Assembly: GCA_964016885.1 (NCBI GenBank)
Contig: OZ024742.1
Span: 193,812,001-193,876,000 of the forward strand
Length of the DNA: 64,000 nucleotides
Direction of reading: 5' to 3'
Source: Eledone cirrhosa
Taxonomy: Eukaryota
Part shown: in pieces, positions 1 through 14,379 of the stretch
How positions within the stretch are numbered: the stretch's first letter is position 1
How the letters are laid out: every line of letters begins with the position of its first letter
The notes under the pieces: generated by a model
Database searches by the model: none
What the model saw: only the letters and a program-made list of their open reading frames with translations
What the model was told of the DNA's origin: nothing
Program-made: the position numbers and the translations under genes

Positions 1-35
1 GTCGCGTACGTACGTGTGATTAGATATACATGTGG

Positions 36-141
<106 letters not shown>

Positions 142-529
142 GTGCCTCGTGTGTATGTAAGTACGCATGCATGCGCTATTGTCTATACATATTTGTGTGT
201 ATAAATATTATTTATATATATATATATGTGTGTGTACGTGCGTACCTATGTTTGTATACTTTTCTCTAGTGTGAATTGATTACTTTCTCTTTGATTTAAA
301 ATATTTTTTCATTCTCATATATTGTTTCATTTGTATACATATATCGAGAATGACACTTCTTTTCACTATTACACTCCCCTCCCTCTTTATCTTCCGCATA
401 TAAGTGACCGCGCGTGTGTGTGTGTTTATACGCGTGCTTTCATACTCGTATGTGTATTTAATACCTGTATCTGGATGCATGTTAACTATATTATCATACA
501 ATCCTTGTTCAACTCATATTATATACGTA

Positions 530-884
530 TTTGTGGACACATATACACACATATACTTGCCATCATATATGTACTTACGCACAGATTTTCACCATACACA
601 TGCATTTGTACATACACACATATGTACATTTGTGAGTGTATATACATACATATACACATAACCTAACTATATTTACTTATTTGTTTATATATCTCCTGCA
701 TTACTTTTATTTATATATTTTTTGCCCGTTAAACTCTTGCATTTCTTGAGGAGACTTTTCAAATATTTCACTATGTTTTAAATTGCCTTGTCCGACGAAC
801 GAATGAGGACGTTTTTCGTATTCGTCTTATTCGGGAAGCCTCTAGTAATGAGGTAATTATATTGTATTGTTTATTATACATTAA
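530..884 (+). mobile_element. Solo PLE-type terminal repeat, long-stem-II HHR family; other copies at ~36072-36418 (+) and ~42190-42342 (-)
   Basis: The block ttgcccgttaaac...cttgaggaga...aaatatttcactatgttttaaattgccttgtc...gacg...cgtcttattcg...gaggtaat recurs at three loci and contains an HHR-like fold. Confidence 0.6.
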
Positions 885-959
885 ATGTTGCTCTGGTGCT
901 TACATAGAGCACGCTTCACTCCTATGACTTTTTCAATTTTCAACGGAAATTTCAATACT

Positions 960-1054
<95 letters not shown>

Positions 1055-1410
1055 GTGTGTATATATGTATATATATATGTGCGCATACTTGTATATATAT
1101 ATATATATACAAGTAAATAATCGAGAATCAGAATTTCGGCCCACAATTAACGATAAACAAACTTCGACATGAGTGGCAGAGGGCTCAATAGTTTGGATGA
1201 ACCAGAGCTATAACTATCGTTAAAATGCCAACACATAAAGACGATGCTTAGAATCAATCGCACAGCCGAAAAAAACGACCAGGAAAATTCGGGTCACTCA
1301 ATTAAAAAATTAATAAATTAATAGATTAAAGAAATGTATATATTTATATTGACCTTAGATGTTTCTGCCCTAGTAGACCTATAAGAGGTAGACCCCCCAC
1401 CATAACCTCA

Positions 1411-2859
1411 ATGGCAAAAAAGACTCCCACGGGAAGGTGGATTGGGTGGACCAAAGCTATACGGACCCCCCAAAACAATGATCAGGTAAGAAAAATGGTC
1501 GCACATGCAATAGGGGCTAGTATCAAAACTACCCTAAAGGGCCCCATATTTAAGTTCAATGAGAAAATCTACACCCAAAATGAGGGAGCAGCCATCGGCG
1601 TCAGCATAGCTGGTGATGTTGCCAACCATTTCGTGGTATGGTGGGAAAGGAGACTTAAAGATCTCCTTAATGAAAGCACCATAGACCTCATCATGTACTC
1701 TCGTTATGTAGACGATATCAATATAGTTATAAGAACACCCCCACTAGAGAGCACTAACAAGTTTGAATTAGAACGTAGCACGATGGAAAGCATCCAGCAG
1801 ATAGCTAATTCCATACACCAGAGTATAACTGTAACTATCGACTTCCCTTCCAAACACCCTAACAATAGACTACCTGTATTAGACACAGAACTCTGGATTA
1901 ACACTATAGACGAGAGAGCCCAAATTCTCCACTCACACTATGCTAAACCCATGGCCTCTAAATACCTGATACTCAAAAACTCGGCAATGTCCAGTAGTGC
2001 TAAGTTTAATATTCTGATCGCAGATTTGGTACGAGTGATGAAGAATGTGTCCAGCATGTGCGACCCAACAGAAATGGAAAGACACATCCAACACTGCATC
2101 AACCGCATGCAGTTCTCTGGCTACAACCAAAGAGACAGAGTCAGAGTATACGAAGGAGCCATGGAAAAGTATAAGACCCTCATAGAACTGGACATGGAAG
2201 GAAGTTACCCATTATACAGGAGCAAATCATGGAATAACTTAGATAGGGCTAGACATAAGATAGGGAAGGCCACATCATGGTACGACAACCAGAGATATCA
2301 GAGTGTCATGTTTGTGGACGCCACGCCTGGAGGGAAATTAGCTAACCAGTGTAGAAAGGCCCTGAGAAAGACCCACTTAAACATAAAGGTGGTAGAAAAG
2401 CCAGGAACCACCATAAAATCCCTGATCAGCAAAACCTACTCCTTTAAGAAAACCCACTGTACCAATAGGAAATGTATCATATGTAAGGTGAACCCCCGGA
2501 TAAACTGTAAATCTAGAAACGTAGTCTATAGCATAAGATGTACAGAGGGTACTTGTAGAAACGTGACAACATACATAGGCGAAACAGTTCGTAGCATAGG
2601 TGAAAGGATAGACCAACACAGGGGGGAACTAAAAGGACGAAAAAACGGGTCAGTACTATACGAACATGCTAGACAACAACATGACGGTAACATAGACAAC
2701 ATAGAAATTAGAATAATATCTAAACATAGGAATGACCCAGCAGATAGGCAAATCAGAGAGGCCAGTGAAATAGAAATTAGAAGAACAAAGCTAAACAGAA
2801 AGAATGAGTGGAACAACAACAACACCCAAACAAACAACACTGACCTAAGAGAAGTATAA
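1411..2859 (+). CDS. PLE RT C-terminal half plus GIY-YIG endonuclease; open frame in the 5'-truncated copy
   Basis: YSRYVDD, LPVLDTELW, CxxxxCxxC linker and NVVYSIRC...TYIGETVRSIGERIDQH. The frame is open from the 1351 junction, so the Met at 1411 is internal. Confidence 0.88.
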   Translation: MAKKTPTGRWIGWTKAIRTPQNNDQVRKMVAHAIGASIKTTLKGPIFKFNEKIYTQNEGAAIGVSIAGDVANHFVVWWERRLKDLLNESTIDLIMYSRYVDDINIVIRTPPLESTNKFELERSTMESIQQIANSIHQSITVTIDFPSKHPNNRLPVLDTELWINTIDERAQILHSHYAKPMASKYLILKNSAMSSSAKFNILIADLVRVMKNVSSMCDPTEMERHIQHCINRMQFSGYNQRDRVRVYEGAMEKYKTLIELDMEGSYPLYRSKSWNNLDRARHKIGKATSWYDNQRYQSVMFVDATPGGKLANQCRKALRKTHLNIKVVEKPGTTIKSLISKTYSFKKTHCTNRKCIICKVNPRINCKSRNVVYSIRCTEGTCRNVTTYIGETVRSIGERIDQHRGELKGRKNGSVLYEHARQQHDGNIDNIEIRIISKHRNDPADRQIREASEIEIRRTKLNRKNEWNNNNTQTNNTDLREV

Positions 2860-3127
2860 ATAAGTAAATAAAATAAAATAAAATAAGATAAATAAATACA
2901 TACACAAGCACAATATTAACAAGCACATAAACACACACTAGTCACCCAGCAGACACGACACTATACACACTAGTCACACAGCAAACGTAACACTATACAC
3001 ATACGCAAACGCATGCGCAAAGAAGACAAAATAAAATAAACAAACAAGCAAATAAATAAATAAATAAATATATAGACAGACTGAATAAAAAAAATGGCAT
3101 AGACATACAACACAACAGGAGGAAAAA

Positions 3128-3184
3128 ATATAACACCACTGACGATGTTGCAGATGTGCAACGAAAGATTTATGTAAATTATGT
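3128..3184 (+). ncRNA. Type I hammerhead ribozyme motif in the PLE terminal repeat; second copy at 7236-7292
   Basis: ca-CTGACGA-t-gttgca(gatg)tgcaac-GAAA-gatt-TA-tg, with an outer atataa/ttatgt helix. Confidence 0.7.
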
Positions 3185-3361
3185 AAACTATATATATGTG
3201 TTTGTGTCTATATTGTATCTGTATTTTTTTGACCGTCGGTCAGTCAATGGCAACATTGAGGACCGATTAAGTTAGATCGCAGATATAAAAGACAGCGAGA
3301 AGCGAAAACCAACCAAACAGTGAGTGTGTTCTGTTGTTAATTCTGGCAATATTTCACAAAT

Positions 3362-6300
3362 ATGACGCTCCCCAAGTATAACAATATTTGTTTCGACACA
3401 CGATTTCAAATAAAAAACCTTGCTAAACTAATTCATCGCCGCTACGGCATTAGCTTGTGCCAAGCTGAAAGGTTATTGAAAGACACTGTTTTCTGTTATA
3501 TAAAAACTACAATAACAACAGAACAAATCCGCTTCTTAAAACAATGTGTTTCCTCCAAAACATACACAACAAACATATCAAAACAAGTAAATAATTTATT
3601 ATTGAACAAAACACAAGCCGAACGACTAAAACACACAATAACAGTTAATATGAAAAGAACAACATACACAAAAGTCAACGCACTCTACAAACAGAAACGC
3701 ATTAACGGTAAGGAAATCCGAAATCTCATCACACCAAACGAGAGAGATAACTTCATGAGCGCCATCAGACGTGAAACGAAATACGCTCAAAACGAATGCA
3801 ATAGGCATTTCAAGAAGAAATTAGAATGAATGAATAAGAAAAAACTACAAGAAAGGAAAACCGAATATTCTCAAAAATACCCAGATAACATCGACAATAT
3901 CCATATGACTGATGTAAAACTACCGGAAGAATTTACCAATGACCACACAGTAAATATCTATGGGAACACTTTAATCAGTGAACAAGAACAACAAATCCTA
4001 CGGTTACCACCAAAAATTTGCCATCTACAAAAAGATTAACCCTATGGAGTGCAATACGGAGCTGGAAAAGTGTTTCACAAAAATACGTTGGAATGCAAAG
4101 GTAAACAACAACAATAATAACGGTAGTAGTAATATAAACAATAACTCTGGGTATATAAATAACAGCCATAACCATAACAATGGCAGGAAAGTGAGAAATA
4201 GTGATAATGGTAATAATACTAGCGATAGACAGAACAACAACCACAATAATAATAATAATAGAAACATTAACCACAGACACAGCAACAGCGACCACAGTAG
4301 TAATAACGGTAACAATACGAACAACAACAACAACAATAACCACAGTGGTAATAATGGAAATAGTACATGTAGCAACATCAACAAAAACAAGAAACATAAT
4401 AATAGTAACAACCACAATGGTAGAAATAACAGTAACAACAACAACAATAACGGTGAAGTAAACAACATTACATCTAGCAATCATAACAATAATGATAATG
4501 CTAATGATAGGAACAACAACAACCACCCTGATAACAACAATAGCAACACACACACACACAACTATGACGATAGATATAATGACAACCCCTTAGAGAAACT
4601 ATTTTTCAACCCAGCTGACAAAACGTATAAGATGGGTAATATCTATCCTACGAGGTTACCCTTTAATAAAAGAGTTTGCATACCACAGCAAATAGATGAC
4701 GAGACAGAGGCACAGTTCACCATAGCTAGAAATAAGATTAGACAAGTAGTAGACAGGTATACTAAGAGACAGAGCAGACCAGAGGCCCAACAACTTGGGA
4801 GGAAACCTGTAGAAGGCTTGGTTAGCCTCAAGCAGTGCACAAGGGGTGGTGAGGTAGTGTGTCTACCCACAGATAAGTCTGGTAGGATGTCAATAGATAG
4901 CATGCCGAACTACATCGAGGCTATGCAACCCCACATCACCAACACGAGCGAAGTTGCACAACAAACACACGATGGGAGAGAAAAAATCCTCAACGCTCAC
5001 ATGATGATGTGGACTGACATCCTAAAGCCAAGCAGACGCACTGCCAACAACTTCCAGGCGTCTAACAATGGCATACCACCCTTGTATGGGCTCCGCAAAG
5101 ACTACAAGACAGTCGACGACCCGACAACAGGACCACCAACAAGACCCGTATGCGCAGCTAATATAGCTAGCAACTACAGGATCTCCTACTTCCTCTCGAT
5201 GGTTATACGCCCCATAATCAAGATGTATGTGAAAGTACAGAGGACCTCCTCAGCAGAATCAGTGAGTGCAACAAAAACAGGAGCCTATCCAACTGCATAA
5301 TAGGCAGCATGGATGTGGTGTCACTGTACCCATCCATTAACATTGATTTTGCTGTGAAAAGATGTGTGGAGATGATCATCGAGAGTGAGGTGGAGTTTTG
5401 CGACGTCGACACAGACGAACTGCGCCTCCTACTTAGACTTACCTACGACACTGACTACCTAGACAGCCATGACCTTAGATGTTTCTGCCCTAGTAGACCT
5501 ATAAGAGGTAGACCCCCCACCATAACCTCAATGGCAAAAAAGACTCCCATGGGAAGGTGCATTGGGTGGACCAAAGCTATACGGACCCCCCCAAAACAAT
5601 GATCAGGTAAGAAAAATGGTCGCACATGCAATAGGGGCTAGTATCAAAACTACCCTAAAGGGCCACATATTTAAGTTCAATGAGAAAATCTACACCCAAA
5701 ATGAGGGAGCAGCCATCGGCGTCAGCATAGCTGGTGATGTTGCCAACCTTTTCATGTATGGTGGGAAAGGAGACTTAAAGATCTCCTTAATGAAAGCTCC
5801 ATAGACCTCATCATGTACTCTCGTTATGTAGACGATATCAATATAGTTATAAGAACACCCCCACTAGAGAGCACTAACAAGTTTGAATTAGAACGTAGCA
5901 CGATGGAAAGCATCCAGCAGATAGCTAATTCCATACACCAGAGTATAACTGTAACTATCGACTTCCCTTCCAAACACCCTAACAATAGACTACCTGTATT
6001 AGACACAGAACTCTGGATTAACACTATAGACGAGAGAGCCCAAATTCTCCACTCACATTATGATAAACTCATGGCCTCTAAATACCTGATACTCAAAAAC
6101 TCAGCAATGTCCAGTAGTGCTAAGTTTAATATTCTGATCGCAGATTTGATACGAGTGATGAAGAATGTGTCCAGCATGTGCGACCCAACAGAAATGGAAA
6201 GACACATCCAACACTTCATCAACCGCATGCAGTTCTCTGGCTACAACCAAAGAGACAGAGTCAGAGTATACGAAGGAGCCATGGAAAAGTATAAGACCCT

Positions 6301-6970
6301 CATAGAACTGGACATGAAAGGAATTTACCCATTATACAGGAGCAAATCATGGAATAACTTAGATAGGGCTAGACATAAGATAGGGAAGGCCACATCATGG
6401 TACGACAACCAGAGATATCAGAGTGTCATGTTTGTGGACGCCACCCCTGGAGGGAAATTTGCTAACCAGTGTAGAAAGGCCCTGAGAAAGACCCACTTAA
6501 AAATAAAGGTGGTAGAAAAGCCAGGAACCACGATAAAATCCCTGATCAGCAAAACCTACCCCTTTAAGAAAACCCACTGTACCAATAGGAAATGTATCAT
6601 ATGTAAGGTGAACCCCCGGATAAACTGTAAAACTAGAAACGTAGTCTATAGCATAAGATGTACAGAGGGTACTTGCAGAAACGTGACAACAACATACATA
6701 GGCGAAACAGCTCGTAGCATAGGTGAAAGGATAGACCAACACTGGGAGGAACTAAAAGGACGAAAAAACGGGTCAGTACTATACGAACATGCTAGACAAC
6801 AACATGACGGTAACATAGACAACATAGAAATTAGAATAAATATCTAAACATAGGAATGACCCAGCAGATAGGCTAGTGAAATAGAAATTAGAAGACCAAA
6901 GCTAAACAGAAAGAATGAGTGGAACAACAACAACACCCAAACCAGCAACACTGACCTAAGAGAAGTATAA
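3362..6970 (+). pseudogene. Full-length PLE ORF (N-terminal domain, Asn-rich insert, RT, GIY-YIG), broken by a stop and several frameshifts
   Basis: ORF pieces 3362-3829, 3830-4039, 3978-5300, 5309-5602, 5562-5804 and 5813-6847 join into one PLE protein (LPTDKSG, LYGLRKD..P.RPV, DVVSLYPSI, YVDD, GIY-YIG). Confidence 0.88.
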
Positions 6971-7487
6971 ATAAGTAAATAAAATAAAATAAAATAAGAT
7001 AAATAAATACATACACAAGCACAATAACAACAAGCACATAAACACACACTAGTCACCCAGCAGACACAACACTATACACACTAGTCACACAGCAAACGTA
7101 ACATTATACACACACGCAAACGCATGCGCAAAGAAGACAAAATAAAATAAACAAACAAGCAAATAAATAAATAAATATATAGACAGACTGAATAAAAAAA
7201 AATGGCGTAGACATACAACACAACAGGAGGAAAAAATATAACACCACTGACGATGTTGCAGATGTGCAACGAAAGATTTATGTAAATTATGTAAACTATA
7301 TATATGTGTTTGTGTCTATATTGTATCTGTATTTTTTTGACCGTCGGTCAGTCAATGGCAACATTGAGGACCGATTAAGTTAGATCGCAGATATAAAAGA
7401 CAGCGAGAAGCGAAAACCAACCAAACAGTGAGTGTGTTCTGTTGTTAATTCTGGCAATATTTCACAAATATGACGCTCCCCAAGTAT

Positions 7488-7524
<37 letters not shown>

Positions 7525-7529
7525 TTAAA

Positions 7530-8167
<638 letters not shown>

Positions 8168-8596
8168 TAAGTATACGCACATATATATACATATATACAC
8201 ACACACACACTCCCTGATACACATATGAGTATGGCCCGTCACTGGCTTATTTTCTACAGCCAGATGATTGTATCTTACTTTTTATGTGATGAAAAGCTCA
8301 CGCGATCAGGCATAAGATAATATTTAGTATTCCAGACTGTTTCGCAATGAAAAGTTTTCAATAATTTTCTATTATGGTCTTTAAAGCGTTTGTCTACATA
8401 TCCAAAATCTGTCCATTGATCTGTATTGAAATAACACAGATCATCTTGGCATCGATCTAAACTATGCTAAAAACTACAAAGGATTTTTCAATAAATATGT
8501 CAGACCCACCCATACACATATTTGTATATACACACACATACACACATACACACACACATACACACATACACACACACCCACACACGCACACACACA

Positions 8597-8633
<37 letters not shown>

Positions 8634-8882
8634 CAAGAATTGAATATTCTTATGTTGATGGAAACGTTCTTCAATCAAATGATTCAATTTAATCATCCTG
8701 GTTATTTCTATACATTTATGTATATATACATGTTCTGTGGTTGGACATTTACTTATTTACCTGAACTGTCATTTAGCTATCTTGATGTGGACTATAAAGT
8801 CACATTTAAGCTTTGATATATTATTTGTATTTATATGCTTGTATTATCAACTCATCTAAACGTGTTTTGGTGTATGCATGTG

Positions 8883-8928
<46 letters not shown>

Positions 8929-9438
8929 TGTGTGTGTGTCTGTTTTATTTTTTTTGTGAATAATGTGTACTTGCTGCCTAAGTTTTCACAGTCTACACTA
9001 ACATAGGTCATAGATATACTATATACGTTAGTGTTGCACAACCGGCAAGCAAGAAATAATATGACTGATATGCTAAGAATTTATGCATAATAATAATAAA
9101 TTTGCTCACGTACATATTGTATAAACATATGTATAGATATAATATGCGTAATTTTGTAGTATGTGAGAAATTTAACTCTTCAGCGAATATTTGGACAAAA
9201 GAAAACTATTTCAGTAATATAAGCCCACTTAACGTTAAAAATAACATTAACACCTGTAGGACTAGAGCCATATTCACATCCATTACTTTAAAGTTATGCA
9301 TACACAGCAAGAAATATTGAGCGTTTAGTAACGTGAACCTCCGGAATAATACGACTCACCACTTAGCCATGAATAATTTTGAATCCCTACTCTGGTATTG
9401 GATATTCATTCTCACATCTAACAATATTAAGCATAAAT

Positions 9439-9506
<68 letters not shown>

Positions 9507-9696
9507 GCGTGTGCGCGCTGTAGTTTGCTTCAAGCATTATGGAGTATGAAAATTGCTAGTGTTAACAAACTACCATATTGCAGATTGGGTTGAAAGTAGT
9601 GAGGTAAAATAACTCGGGAGAAGAAACGGAGTGATGATTTGGAGTGAAGAAGAGGAATTGAAAAAGGACAGAAAGAGAAACAGAAAGAACCAGAGA

Positions 9697-9809
9697 TAAT
9701 TGTCTCTACTTTTGTCTCATGGCCAGCAAATACCCAGTGCATTACTGGTACTTTATTTTATCGACCCCGTAAGGATGAAAGGAAAAGTTAACCTCAGCGG
9801 GATAGAACT
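9697..9809 (-). mobile_element. tRNA-derived SINE, 5'-truncated
   Basis: Reverse complement of gttc...cccgc.gaggttaact...tttcatccttacggggtcgataaaataaagtaccagtaatgcactggg. Confidence 0.85.
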
Positions 9810-9856
9810 TTATATAATGTTATGTTGACATTATATATTGGCACCGTGACAGGGCG

Positions 9857-10266
9857 GTGGATTGGCAGTATCGGTAGAGCGTCGGACATCGTGCTTTGCC
9901 CATTATGATCTGAGTTCAAATCTCGCCGAGGTTAGCTTTGCCTTTCATCCTTACGGGGTCGATAAAATAAAGTACCTGTCACGCACTGGGGTCGATTTAA
10001 TTAACTTTCCCCTCCCTCAAAATTGCTGGCCTTGTGCCTATATAAGAAACCATTTATTGGTATCCTGGCAGGCCAATGGATTGGCATTATCGGTAGAGCG
10101 TCAGAGGCCTTGCTTTGCAGCATAGAGTTACGGCCCTTTACGCTTGAGTTCAAATCCCGCCGAGGTTAACTTTGCATTTCATCCTTACGGGGCCGATAAA
10201 ATGAAGACCAGTAATGCACTGAGTATTTGCTGGCCTTGTACTAAAAGTAGAAACAATTATTTATTG
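9857..10266 (+). mobile_element. Two tandem tRNA-derived SINE copies (9857-10058 and 10077-10266)
   Basis: A-box-like TGGCAGTATCGGTAG, B-box GAGTTCAAATC, conserved core gcctttcatccttacggggtcgataaa (Meta-domain-like, from memory) and an ATT-rich tail. Confidence 0.88.
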
Positions 10267-10779
10267 GTACCTATATTTCGAATGAACTATTCATTGTCAA
10301 ACGGTCCGAAGGAAAAATCGAATGACGAAAAGAACCATTCGGTGCTTCTGCATGGCCCTTGTCTTCACCAGAGTTTGGTGCCTGAATATTTACAATGCCA
10401 TCTGCATTTTAATGGCTTCCTAAATAGCACCGATATATATGATATATTTTATTAATAGACGTTTTTTACTTGGAATTTGTCTTACCATGAAAAAAGATAT
10501 ATCGACTTTATAAATCATATACGCGACCTTAATGTCGTGCATGCTTAGTGAGTTTAACACATGAACCCATAAAATATAAAACATACAGACATACGTTATA
10601 TGTGTGTTGCATATGACCGCTTGTGTGTGTGTTTAAACTTTGCTTTAACAGCAGCTAAAAACAACGAAGTGGTTTTAGTAACCTAGACTTTCACAAATTT
10701 AACTGCCACAGGAAAATATATAGATCAACAGGCCAATGTAGCAGAATTATAATTATGTTTCATTCTAATACCAGAATTA

Positions 10780-11480
10780 CCTTTCAAATGAATCAGAAAA
10801 TACTACAGATTTGATAACCGAGAGACAGGGGAAAATATCACAGCCTATAAAAGGAGCAATTCAACATCATGATGTAACTTTCTGGAAATTTGAAAACATA
10901 TATAAAAATTGTAATGCCATCAATAGTAAAGGAACATTTGTTCCCACACAAAGCCTACCACTGAATGAAAAGTGTTTTGAAAGACATGATGGTTTGTGGC
11001 ATATTTATTCCCAGGGAAACATGTAGTTTTTAAACATTTTTTTTTTTTTACATTTACCATTCAAACGAAATTCTAATCAATCTTTCTTGAAACAAGGAAA
11101 TGGATTCGGAAAATGGATTCTGATTTGGAAAGTGCCAGCAGAGTTTAGCACCTATGAACATTCAAATTTCCATCAAATAGTATAAGGAAATCACCCAGTA
11201 TCAGGAAATGGAAAAAACATTCTTTATAAAATCAAGTAGTCCTTGACGTAAGTCTTGACACTCAAATTACATTTCTCGAAGTTGTTCGTTGCGTAAAATA
11301 TTTAGCAACTCAAAACCTTACATTGTGTGATAAAAAAAAAATATCATAGATAGTAATAGGAAAAGTATTAAGGTTTATTAAGATTATTGGAAATATATTA
11401 TCCTCTCATGACCGAATATCTCAGAGATTTTGTAGGGAGTCCAAGAAGAATATCCATTAGTTTGAATGAATGCATTCCGT
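10780..11480 (+). pseudogene. Decayed hAT (ZMYM1/DUF4371-like) transposase fragment
   Basis: Broken frames give W.IYS, WK...E.S.FH, EVVRCVKYLATQNL and YYPLM.EYL, resembling the hAT N-terminal Zn-finger/DUF4371 region. Confidence 0.5.
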
Positions 11481-12084
11481 TAATGGCTTATACTGGTCAC
11501 CAGAATTTGTCAACATAATATTCATAGTACCAAACTAGTTCGAGTTTGATTCAACGCCAAAAATCGAGTTTGATTCAATGCCAAAAAATAGTTAATCAGT
11601 TTAATAGCCATAGAAATACCACTAACCGACGTAGGGTTGCCTTACAGATAAATTTGCTCTGCGTATACCTAGCATACAGATATGTTTATTGACCCATGAG
11701 CAACTAGGTACATATATCTTAAGATTTTTGTGGTAGACAAGCTTCATTTCACTCAGAATACAGGGAGCCTTACTGTTGATTATACATATTATACCAAAAA
11801 AGGACTAGGAGACCTTTCTACAAGATATTATGTAAACATAACGTACGTATATTTCATCGTCCTGTTTTATTTGTTCAGCGTGAAGGAACGGGTATTGGCC
11901 GTAGTCCTCGTATGCCATTCAATGCCGCCAATATTATCGCAATTCATGCACGTCGATATAAAAGAAGCAAACAATGAAAAGCCGTATACACGCTTACCCA
12001 GAAAGGCGTGCACATGCGTGCGCGTGACTAGAAAGAAACTCTCCATTCAAAATTTCTTATAACTTATGGCCTACTAGGACCACT

Positions 12085-12350
12085 TCTTACAACATGAATG
12101 ACCACATATGCAAGATGGGGCTCCTCATCATTTAGCTCACACTGTCCGTGAGTGGTTTGATGCCAATATACAAGACGTTCGCTGGTTTGTCAAGTTCCAA
12201 ACAAATGGCCAGCAAGAAGCCCTCACGTAAAGCCATGCAGTTTTTTCATGTGGGGAAAGGCGAAGAAAGATGTTTATATTTCAAAACCACAAATAAATCT
12301 CATTTAAATGGAGGTACGCCTTCGTAATGTACTGACCAAAATACCGCCTG
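12085..12350 (+). pseudogene. Tc1/mariner transposase catalytic-domain fragment
   Basis: MQDGAPHHLAHTVREWFD ... WPARSPHVKPCSFFMWGKAKKDVYISKP matches the QDGAP.H and WPARSPDL.P.DFF.WG motifs. Confidence 0.75.
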
Positions 12351-12644
12351 AGTTCCTATCAAGGATATAACCAGACTGTTACAAACACTATTGGACAGCG
12401 CTGGTAGAAATTTAAGTTTGGACTTTACTTTTACCATGAATAAAACATGTTTTATTAAAATCGACCAACAATTAATAAAGTTATTAGTTTTAAATATGGA
12501 TTTTTTCCGCCCAAACTATATAAAATGTAGAAAGTTTCCACGACCATATTTATGTCTCATGTTTATTAAATATATAGTGAGTATTACTACTATATCCTCT
12601 CTGTATAATCTTCACTGGTGTCTACTCACACACACACACACACA

Positions 12645-12720
<76 letters not shown>

Positions 12721-13035
12721 GTTTGTGTATGTGCGTATGTGACTTTGTGTGTGTCTAAGGGAGTGTAGCTGTGTGTGTATGTGTGTGTGTTTGTGTGTAC
12801 GCTGATGTGTTATTTCTATGAAACGAATCAGTTATTTTTAGAGGACTAAAACAAATTAAAATGACCAAGAAATATATATATTTAGCTCCTAGGCATTTAA
12901 GATTTTACTATATTTACTGATTTCAATTCCATGTTTAAATATGAAAGATAAGGTATATATATATATATATATATAAATGATATATCTTTATCTATATTTC
13001 AATTTGTATTTCGAATTATATATATATATACACAA

Positions 13036-13079
<44 letters not shown>

Positions 13080-13315
13080 GAACATATATATTTATATACA
13101 TATATGCATATGCATATATGCATACATATACATATATACATATACATATATATATACATATATACATATATATATTCATATATATATATATACATATATA
13201 AATATATATATATACATATATATACATTTATATATATATAAATATATATATATATATACATGTGTATATACATATATATATACACACACACACCCACCCA
13301 CACACACATATATAC

Positions 13316-13348
<33 letters not shown>

Positions 13349-13768
13349 GTGTCTGTGTGTGGGTGTATGTTAATATCTTCATGTCTCTTAAATACACATT
13401 TATTTTAACTTTCCATGACAAGTGGTAAAAATACGAACACAAACTACAAATGATCTCTGCGAAACTACATAACGCTAATATTGCTTTCTTAAAAATCTTT
13501 TTTATTTTTATTTTCTATGTGCTGCTGTTCCTCTAAATGATATATTTATGTCATAACACGTTGGCATCAATTAGAATAGAACCAGGCGCGTTGTCTTTAT
13601 AAAAGACATCGGCAGTATTCAGCTTTCATATAAATATGATTGTATGTCTTCTATATATTTTGTAAAGTTGTGCTGTCAGATAGCTGTTGGTTAGAAACAA
13701 ACGCTATTTGTATGTAGAACTAATACTTTGCAATAATGCTTGTATATGTTTATTATTAAAGATTGACT

Positions 13769-13953
13769 GTGGATTGGCAGTATCGGTAGAGGGTCGGACG
13801 CCATGATTTGACGCATAGAGTTACGGCCCTTACCATTCTGAGTTCAAATCCCGCCGCGGTTAACTTTGCTTTACATCCTTACTGGGTCGATAAAATAAAG
13901 TACCAGTAATGCACTGGGTATTTGCTGGCCTTGTGCCAAAAGTAGAAACAAAC
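13769..13953 (+). mobile_element. Full-length tRNA-derived SINE with 12-bp target site duplication (TSD)
   Basis: A and B boxes plus core; TSD tattaaagattg at 13754-13765 and 13954-13965. Confidence 0.9.
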
Positions 13954-14379
13954 TATTAAAGATTGTTCAATCAAAATTTATAAAATATGAAAAAAATGTT
14001 TGCATTAAAAAATATTACCTAATACACCTAATATTCTTATGTGATATCTTGTTACAGCACAACACATCTCTCCTATGGAAGTGTGTGTATGCGTGTGAAC
14101 CTAAGCGCGTGTGTGTAAGTGTGTGAGTGTAAGAGTATGTGAACATGTGTGTGTGTGTAAGCATGTGTGTTTGAGAGCATGTGTGCGTGTGTGAATGTGT
14201 GCTTGTGAGCATGTGTGCGTGTGAGCGTGTGTGCCAGCAAGGAAATTATATGAATAATTAGTTCGCCATCCTTTTATTTTGTGACAAAGAGAAACAATAA
14301 TCAAGAAACAATATTGCTCTTTGTCATTAGAGCTCTTGAGAATACATTATATTCTCTAAAGTATGTATCGGCTGATTAG

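Larger units (their letters stand above)
1351..7495 (+). mobile_element. Penelope-like element in partial-tandem arrangement: 5'-truncated copy (1351-3387) followed by a full-length frameshifted copy (3362-7495)
   Basis: 1351-3387 is a near-identical direct repeat of 5471-7495. RT motifs SMDVVSLYPSI, QNEGAAIG and YSRYVDD, and GIY-YIG motifs VVYSIRC...YIGET.R...R...H, are present. The element ends in (TA)n. Confidence 0.93.

Noticed and set aside
3827-3829. In-frame TGA in the PLE ORF as possible selenocysteine or readthrough
   Set aside because: The context KKKLE*M fits a Trp TGG-to-TGA mutation, the copy has several other lesions, and it is not the Naiad type.
9857-9930. tRNA genes at the SINE heads
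   Set aside because: A and B boxes are present but there is no intact cloverleaf, and they continue into a SINE core and tail with TSDs.
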